A stretch of 64,000 nucleotides of DNA from Ylistrum balloti. Its lineage: Eukaryota. The DNA lies in NCBI RefSeq assembly GCF_031769215.1, contig NW_026782425.1, positions 62,001 through 126,000 on the forward strand, given 5' to 3'. The notes under the pieces are model-generated. The model was given only the letters and a program-made list of their open reading frames with translations. It searched no databases and was not told the origin of the DNA. This document shows, in pieces, positions 52,433 to 61,338 of the stretch (the first letter of the stretch is position 1; each line of letters opens with the position of its first letter). The position numbers were made by a program, and so were the translations under genes.

Positions 52433-53458
52433 ATGTCTGACGGAGAAGTTGATCTGTTGAATAGGGATCCTAATGGATTAAATAACACTGTGCAGGTTCG
52501 TTCAACTAATTATATTAAATTATCGACATTGAGAAATTTTTGTTCTAAATAACTGCAAATTATGTTATCTATAATGAAAATGTTCTAAATCTCATTATCA
52601 TTAATGATTTGTGAGAATGAAATAAATTCAACCAATTTTGTAACACAATATAAAACCAGAATTAAAAGCGAATGCATACTATGACAGAAAAGCCTGACAT
52701 CAAGTCAGAATCAAATGCTTAACATCTGCATTACGTTTTATTTGAAAAAATAACATACGTACATGAATAGGAGAATGTAATTAATTGATGCAGATATTGT
52801 TATTTTCTTTTTTTCTTTTTCTTTTTTTTTTTTTTTTTTTTTTTTGTTTTTTTTTTTTTTTTTTTTGTTTTGTTTTTTTTTTTTTAAGACAAGTACATGT
52901 ATGTATTATGTTATGACTTACTACCCTAGGTTTAAACGCAAACTTTCTAGATATGCGATTTCATTAGATCTCCATAGGCCGGAATTTGATACGTCTTACT
53001 GAAGTTAAAAAAAATCCTATACGCTAACCAGAATATAAAAAAAGTAAAGAACATACAATATCATTCACCTTCTACAACGATACCGGTAAATAAAAACAGG
53101 TAACACTATGGGTTATTTTTTCTAGGTAGCATTTGAGGATGTCCTCGGTGAGCCAGAAGGTACCCACAGCATTGACTGTGTCTGGACCAACAGTTACAAA
53201 TGCTTTACATGCGGAAAGAACTGTTGTTACAAGTTCATGAGCACTCTGTGTGGAATATGTATCGCTCTGTACTGGGGATGTGAGTTCGCCATGATCACAT
53301 TCAATGCTGTCTGGTGCTGTACTCCTGGCCTCAAGGTCTACACCATTACCTGTGGAATAGTTCAGAAGTTCTTCGGTACCTGTGTCACTTGTTGTCTTGC
53401 TCCTCTGTGCGAGACCTGTGGACTCATGTTCAGCAAAATACAAATAACGAAGTCATAG
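52433..53458 (+). CDS. Caveolin-family protein CavE, 131 aa: join(52433..52495,53126..53458)
   Basis: MSDGEVDLLNRDPNGLNNTVQ|VAFEDVLGEPEGTHSIDCVWTNSYKCF...; GT-AG intron; TATATAA at 52342. Confidence 0.95.
52803..52885. repeat. About 80 nt poly-T-rich tract in the CavE intron
   Basis: Direct reading. Confidence 0.9.
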
Positions 53459-54018
53459 GGATGACCACAAGCCAGCTACACGATGGGTCAATTTGTTCGG
53501 ATATAAACTTGCAGTATTAATAGTGATCTTGAAGCCATTTTCGGAAATTCGGACGAATTTGAATATTTATTCTCATGACTAAGACCAACATATACATTTG
53601 TGCTTTCACTTACTTGGGCAGTTAGCCTTACTGTGATATTCCCGGTGAATGTGATGACTTTTATAGCTATTAATACTCAAACATGGTATTTAATGTATGT
53701 CTTTTCCATGAATATAGCTATAAGAATGAACATTTGGATATAGTAAAGTATTAAAACTTAGTCCTATGTTTGTCTTTTTATTGCTGACAATTTGTACACC
53801 AAACTCAATCCTAATGTTCAACATTAGTTAGTGTAATTAATTGACAATAGTATCATGTATGTTTTATCATACGAGTACCATTAATGAAGCATGGTTTAAG
53901 TGTCTCAAAGTAAAGACTCACTTTTCTCCAGGGACCGATTTTTTCAATGTTTTGAAGGTTGCACATTTAATGCAAATTTGGATAAGATACAGTAGAGCTA
54001 GATAGTCAATTATACATT

Positions 54019-54155
54019 ATCATACAGCTGTTTCGTCCCTCTAGGAGTCAATGATGCTAAGAAACTAAATGTTAAACCTAGAAGACGACTGAAGAAATTC
54101 CTAAGTAATCGAAAGTAATGTTAAACTCTTGACAGGGAGGTGCACTAGTCATATA
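54019..54155 (-). mobile_element. Dispersed repeat copy 2 with degenerate hammerhead motif
   Basis: Minus strand ends GCATCA TTGA---CTCC TAGA GGGAC GAAAC AGCT GTA TGAT; upstream sequence is homologous to copies 1 and 3. Confidence 0.65.
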
Positions 54156-54625
54156 ACTCAGTAAAATTCGTAACTAGCATATCTCTGTACTTCTAGAAGC
54201 ACGTTAAGCACAATTGTATACTCCGAAACGTGCCACTATTCCATTGAATCGCAAACATGGCTTGCAGGTTACGGCAAACCTCCGGGACTAATAATTATTC
54301 AGCATGATTGTCTATAAAATACACAGTATTCCTTAAAGATAAACTAGATGAACTGAACGTATATAAAACAAACTAGTTATTTCTTAGAACGTGAGCCAGC
54401 TTCAAGTAAGCAATAGTTTTATTAACACACATAAAGAACATCAAATATTACATAATCCTATATGTTAATTTAAACCAGTATCAGGATGGCATTTATGGCC
54501 AATATAAATGCCAAAGCTTTTGTTACACAATGAGGTATTTTTGCCTATCATTTAAAACAACTATAAATACTATAACTATACCCTTCAATGGTAATATAGG
54601 TCGTGAAAATTCAATGTCTGAAAAA

Positions 54626-55209
54626 GTCGGCTCGCTGGAACTTTCTCTTGTTTGAACTGCGAATTCCCAGTCTGTCGACTCGCTGGTAACTTTCTCCAGT
54701 TTGAATTGCGAATTCCCAGTCTGTCGACTCGCTGGTAACTTTCTCCTGTACTGTGAATTCCCAGTTTGTCGGCTCGCTGGAATGTTCTCCAGTACTTAGA
54801 ATTACCAGTCTGTCGGCTCGATGGAATTTCTCCAGTATGAACTGTGAATTCCCAGTCTGTCGGCTCGCTAGAACTTTCTTCAGTATGGACTGTGAATTCC
54901 CAGTCTGTCGGTTCGCTGGAACTTTCTCCAGTATGGACTTTGAACGACCAGTCCTGTCGGCTCACTTTTACTTTCTCCAGTACTGTAAATTTCCAGTCTG
55001 TCAGCTCGACGGAACTTTCTCCAGTATGAACTGTGAATTCAAAGTCTGCCGGCTCGCTGGATCTTCCTCCAGTTTGAACTGTGAATTCACAGTCTGTCGG
55101 CTCGCTGGAATGTTCTGCAGTTTGAACTCTGAATTCTCAGTCTGTCGGCTCGCTGGATCTTCCTCCAGTACTGACTGTGAACTGCTGGAACTTTCAGTCT
55201 TTCGGCTGG
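54626..55209. repeat. Minisatellite, about 48 bp unit, about 12 degenerate copies
   Basis: Unit GAATTCCCAGTCTGTCGGCTCGCTGGAACTTTCTCCAGTATGAACTGT. Confidence 0.92.
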
Positions 55210-55586
55210 TAAGATTGAACCCGAACAAGTACCATACTAAAATTACAAAGTTACAAGAAATCTAGGAAGCTTAATCTATCAGTAATTGTAATTGGTCATG
55301 GCAAAATGTAAGTAAAATAGCTTAATAATAATGGCTAGTTTAAAGCACAGTCAAGCTGACAAAAAGTTCACTAAAGCAGATAAGACTGTACAGGACTTTT
55401 TTTAGACCATGAGTTAATGGCGTGTGTCGTTGATGAAGCAGAAAACGTCTATTCTTAGTAACACCTTTTCGTATTTTACTTTTTCAGTAGTATGTAGGGT
55501 ATTTCCTCCTCCAATATTTTGCCCTAGCATCTGATTCTGTTGGCATTTCAGTAATTTATTTGTTGTTCTCATTTCTTGACCTTATA

Positions 55587-57773
55587 AGTTGACATGTACC
55601 AAGTGTACCAAGTGTACATGTACCAAGTGTACCAAGTGGACATGTACCAAGTGTACCAAGTGTACATGTACCAAGTGTACCAAGTGTACCAAGTGTACCA
55701 AGTATACATGTACAAAGTGTACAAAGTGTACATGTACCAAGTGTACATGTACCAAGTGTACCAAGTGTACCAAAAGTACATGTACCAAGTGTACCAAGTG
55801 TACCAAGTGGACATGTACCAAGTAAACATGTACCAAGTGGACCAAGTGGACATGTACCAAGTGAACATGTACCAAGTGTACCAAGTGGACATGAACCAAG
55901 TTAACATTTACCAAGTGGACATGTACCAAGTGTACCAAGTGGACATGTACCAAGTGGACATGTACCAAGTGAACATGTACCAAGTGGACATGTACCAAGT
56001 GTACCAAGTGGACATGTACCAAGTGGACATGTACCAAGTGCACATGTACCAAGTGAACATGTACCCAGTGAACATGTACCAAGTTAACATGTACCAAGTG
56101 GACATATACCAAGTTAACAAGTACCAAATGGACATGTACCAAGTTTACATGTACCAAGTGGACATGTATCAAGTGGACATGTACATAGTTAACATTTACC
56201 AAGCTGACATGTACCAAGTGGACATATACGAAGTGAACATGTATCAAGTGTACCAAGTGGACATGTACCAAGTTAACATTTACCAAGCTGACATGTAGCA
56301 AGTGGACATATACCAAGTGAACATATATCAAGTGTACCAAGTGGACATGTGCTAAGTGGACATATACCAAGTGAACATGTACCAAGCTGACATGTACCAA
56401 GTGGACATGTACCAAGTTAACATTTTACCAAGTGTACCAAGTTTACCAAGTGGACATGTACCAAGTTAACATTTACCAAGTGTACCAAGTAGACATGTAC
56501 CGAGTGGACATGTACAAAGTTAACATTTACCAAGCTGACATGTACCAAGTGGACATATACCAAGTGAACATGTACCAAGTGTACCATGTGGACATGTACC
56601 AAGTAGACATATACCAAGTGAACATGTACCAAGCTGACATGTACCAAGTGGACATGTTCCAAGTTGACATGTACCAAGTGGACATCTACCAAGTTAACAA
56701 GTACCAAATGGACATGTACCAAGTTTACATGTACCAAGTGGACACGTACCTAGTAAACATGTACCAAGTGTACCAAATTTACATGTACCAAGTGGACATG
56801 TACCAAGTTAAAAGTACCAAGTGGACATGTACCAAGTTAACATGTACCAAGTGGACATCTACCAAGTGGACATATACCAAGTGAACATGTACCAAGTGTA
56901 CCAAGTGAACATGTACCAAGCTGACATGTACCAAGTGGACATGTACCAAGTTAACATTTACCAAGCTGACATCTACCAAGTTAACAAGTACCAAATGGAC
57001 ATGTACCAAGTTTACATGTACCAAGTGGACACGTACCTAGTAAACATGTATCAAGTGTACCAAGTTTACATGTACCAAGTGGACATGTACCAAGTTAAAA
57101 GTACCAAGTGGACATGTACCAAGTGGACATCTACCAAGTGGACATATACCAAGTGAACATGTACCAAGCTGACATGTACCAAGTGGACATATACCAAGTG
57201 GACATGTACCAAGTGTACCAAATGGACATGTACCAAGTGGACATGTACCAAGTGAACATGTACCAAGCTGACATGTACCAAGTGGACATATACCAAGTGG
57301 ACATGTACCAAGTGGACATATACCAAGTGGACATGTACCAAGGGAATATGTACCAAGCGGACATGTACCAAGTGGACATATACCAATTGGACATGTACCC
57401 AGTGAACATGTACCAAGTTAACATGTACTAAGTGGACATCTACCAAGTTAACAAGTACCAAATGGACATGTACCAAGTTTACATGTACCAAGTGGACATG
57501 TACCAAGTGGACATGTACCTAGTAAACATGTACCAAGTATACCAAGTGGACATGTACCATGTTAACAAGTTCCAAGTGGACATGTACCAAGTTAACATGT
57601 ACCAAGTGGACATGTACTAAGTGGACATGTACCAAGTGGACATATACCAAGTGAACATGTACCAAGTGTACCAAGTGGACATGTACCAAGTGGACATATA
57701 CCAAGTGAACATGTACCAAATTAACAAGTACCAAGTGTACCAAGTGGACCAAGTGGACGTGTACCAAGTAGAC
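55587..57773. repeat. Minisatellite of 15 bp (GTGGACATGTACCAA) and 9 bp (GTGTACCAA) units with larger internal duplications
   Basis: Direct reading. Blocks near 56681-56835 and 56967-57123 are near-identical higher-order copies. Confidence 0.97.
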
Positions 57774-58825
57774 CTGCATTCAATGTTACATGTTAAGTCA
57801 AATCGCAAAATATTAAAGATGTCTTTAGTTTCATAAAATACAAAAATGTAGAATAGTCTTTATAAGTGTCGAGGACCTAAAACAAATAGCTGAATATTAT
57901 AATATTGACCATAATTCGGTCGCTAATTGGCCCTTTTATCCTATTTACATAACCTTAGCTTGTTGTTATCATATACCGACCATAGCTCATTTTTAACTGA
58001 TATAAATAGAAAGTAATTGAAAATCTAATGCATCAGACGGACCGGTCATTTAGATGACGAAATGTCACCGCTGTGATGGTGGGTGGGTGGGTGGGTGTCT
58101 GTGTGTCTGTGTGTGATTGTGTGTCTATATGTGTGTATGTTCTCAATCAAACACATTTACAGTATTAGATAGTAACCAAGGTGAATATGAATTAAGGTTT
58201 AAAGAATACCGTATACGATCATAGTGTACGACTGATGAAAAAAATTCCTGATTTCTTCAATTCCAAATCCGACTTATCAAAAATACGACATAGTAAGACA
58301 CAAATCTCGGTCATCGAGGCTCGATAAATTTTAAAATCTACGACGGTGTTAAGAACTCCTATGAATGGAAACTAGTAAATGATCCTGATAGTACCTCACC
58401 TCACTGACCATAGTATGCTTCAAGACAAAAACATTTGCTGTGCCTCAGTCGGAAATAAAAATGATATAAATAAACTTAGTCAGGTATTGGTAACCCGCGT
58501 GTAGAGGCATATGAAAGTATTAAATGCTGGCGTTCAATTATCTTTGTAAACAAAGGAAATGCCGTATTCGCGATTGCATTTGCGATGTTCTATTTAAACT
58601 GACATATTGTTTGCTAAGTCCTCCAAAAAAAACTTCAATATCAACAGAGGTAAAGTATGATGATGTATCTCCCTTTCCTTAAAACCAACAATGAATGGGT
58701 CTTGATTCCCGTAGTTATGGGTACCGTAAGTATATAAAGGAAAGGCAGAAGGACCCAGGGTATACCGTGTCCAACACCAAACGTGCCAACATAGTCCGCC
58801 TTGAAACGTGCTATAAGGCTGAGAC

Positions 58826-59619
58826 ATGGCTGAACAAGAGGTTGATCTCCTCAATAGGGATCCAAATGGACTTAATGAGCACGCACAGGTGAGAGAATAT
58901 TTAAATGTATTTTGTGAAATATCAAATATATAGTTACCGGTTTCCCTGAAATTCTGGGTTTGTTGTAAAATAGTTCAAGATATTTGGTTAGGAGGAAAAC
59001 TGTTACAAGTTATTGAAGAAATCAAATTGGTTGGTCGGGTGGCTCAGCGGTAACGCACGAGCCTTTCACCTAACCGTTCGGGGTTCGATTCCTGTAACGG
59101 GCGTGAAGAGGTAGGTGGTTACCTGCCCGACCACGTGGGTTTCATACACCTGCTAAGTGTTTCATTTATTATGTTTCAATGGCATCTTTACTTGTGATAA
59201 ATGCTACACATTTCAAGTAATTGTTGATATCACTGTTTTCTTTCTTAAATATCTACCTGTAATGAATGCTGTCTGCCTAATTCCAGATCGCTTTTGAAGA
59301 TGTCCTCGGTGAGCCAGAAGGTTCCCATAGCATCGACTGTGTCTGGACCAACAGTTACAAGTGCTTTACATGCGGAAAGAACTGTTGCTACAAGTTCATG
59401 ACAACTTTGTGCGGTATCTGTATCGGTCTGTACTGGGGATGTGAGTTCGCCATAATCACCTTCAATGCTGTCTGGTGCTGTACACCTACTCTTAAAGCCT
59501 ATGGCATTGTCTGTGGAATTGTTCAAAAGTTCTTCGGTACATGCGTCACCTGCTGTTTGGCTCCTCTCTGCGAAACATTTGGATTAATATTCAGCAAGAT
59601 TCAAATGACGAAGTCTTAA
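58826..59619 (+). CDS. Caveolin-family protein CavF, 131 aa: join(58826..58888,59287..59619)
   Basis: MAEQEVDLLNRDPNGLNEHAQ|IAFEDVLGEPEGSHSIDCVWTNSYKCF...; GTGAG donor and CAG acceptor; TATATAAA at 58731; AATAAA at 59669 and 59978. Confidence 0.95.
59033..59143 (+). mobile_element. tRNA-derived SINE 5' portion in the CavF intron
   Basis: A box TGGCTCAGCGG 59040..59050 and B box GGTTCGATTCC 59082..59092, followed by GTGAAGAGGTAGGTGGTTACCTGCCCGACCACGTGGGTTTC and truncated there. Anticodon and acceptor stems do not pair. Confidence 0.75.
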
Positions 59620-61338
59620 CAGCACTATCGTCAATTTCACAACAACGACTCTTTCATGTCATTAACTAAATAAATCACACCAACTGTTAATCTGATAAAA
59701 TCGCCTGCTGTTTGGGGTGTGAAACTCACAGATAAAGATCGAATGAAGAATGACAGAATTGGTGATGCTATAACAACGAACAGATCGCGACACTAAAGAG
59801 AACGTTTCCGTTCCACGCTACTTCTGTTAAACTGTTAACTCAACTAAGAGACATCAAGCAACTGTTTAGTCTTTGTACTATCACACTGTAGAACATTTTA
59901 ATCTACAGTGTAGATCAGACCTTAAAATGTGATATATATTCTGTGTAATGAGTTATTTATTTATTAATCTATTATTCAATAAAGATCCATTTATGGCAAT
60001 GCATGTTTTACGTCATCTTTTATTGAACATATCCCTTTAGCTAGTCACTCGGGTCGGATACAGCTTTTCCTTGCCATTACCCATGTTTTCCTAGAGACTG
60101 ATACCCCTATACTGTATAAACAACTTGGCAGGTCATTCCTTTTTCACAGTATCATCAATTAATGTTTATTTCCTTTATATCACTGACGTTCTTCTTTGTT
60201 GATATTGATTTTTTCGTTAATGACATACACCTCCTACTTCACTTTTACTTTTGTCATAATTCGTATCATCATCGATTTTCCTTTTCGTCCTTTATCGATA
60301 TAGCGTGGATGTTCTATTTAAACGATTGTTAGCTTAAACATCCACAGCTACGCACAGAAAGAGGGGTTTCTTAAATTAAGTGCCCGGATTGACCAATCTT
60401 TACATGGCTGTCGTCGCCTATCAAATGGAAGCGTTAACCCTTCTGGAACTCCTGGTCTTTTTCTCCTTGTACTTTTATCGTGAGCCTCCTTTTTTTAGTT
60501 CCTATTTTGCTTGAGTTAATTGAATTTGACTTTCAATTGAGATTCCGTTTGACATTTTGATCATTTTTTTTCTATTTTGTTTTTTCAACAACGGTCGATG
60601 TTTGATAGCACCGGTATATATCACTTCTTTCAGTGAAATGTCGTGCTTTTTGTATGATAAATAATATAGTATTTATAAATATTTTATCATCCGTACGAAA
60701 GATATTTCCATGCTCCGAGAATTACGGTTCGTTAGCACCAGATGACTTGGTGTCGCACTCTGATGAACCAGTTTTATAATTTAGTTATGAATGCATACAT
60801 CGGGGATTTAGGTGTAAAAATGTAGGTCAATGAATAGATTAAATCCAACAAAGGACCAGTATACTGAATTTTATACAGTAAAAAGTATATATCAACCTAG
60901 ATGATGCAGTTTAAATCGTTGTGGATCTACTGCATTTACTTCTAACACCAAACGGTATGGCCATTTACTGTGACGGAGCACTTATCAATACGACGATAGG
61001 TAAATATGCATTCGAAGTCACCCTGACTAATCATAGAGCGTTTAAATCCGGAAATGGATGTGTACGATTAAAGCTGGGAAATGTACAAGAAAAGGCAAAA
61101 CAAAAGGTTACTTCAATGGTCGGATTACTCCATAATATGTTACCTTTATAGTCCTGAACATGTATTGAACATTGAGATGACATTCTATCATTTATATATA
61201 TACATATTTAAGGACAATCGCCGCTTCAATCAGTTAATCAAAATCCGCATTTTGAAAGAAAAAAAAATAATAAGAATATCATTATGTCAGTAACTGAGAT
61301 CGAACGTGCGACCGCAAGTAAATTCGACTCGCCAGGCA

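Noticed and set aside
55569-57836. Many overlapping VH-, YQV-, TW- and CT-repeat ORFs, including metallothionein-like CTKC runs
   Set aside because: All come from 9- and 15-bp units that are open in several frames on both strands, with scattered stops.
59033-59105. Possible tRNA gene with a TCA triplet in the anticodon-loop position (tRNA-Sec-like)
   Set aside because: Anticodon and acceptor stems do not pair, there is no long variable arm, and the sequence continues into a SINE-like body.
28916-59526. Similar antisense ORFs over every caveolin exon 2 (e.g. 28916-29206, 39280-39501, 42960-43181, 53072-53443, 59245-59526), suggesting a conserved overlapping gene
   Set aside because: Where checked (39280) the ORF is codon-aligned with the sense frame, a shadow caused by scarcity of TTA, CTA and TCA codons. 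Starts and ends differ between copies, and the similarity follows from sense-strand conservation.
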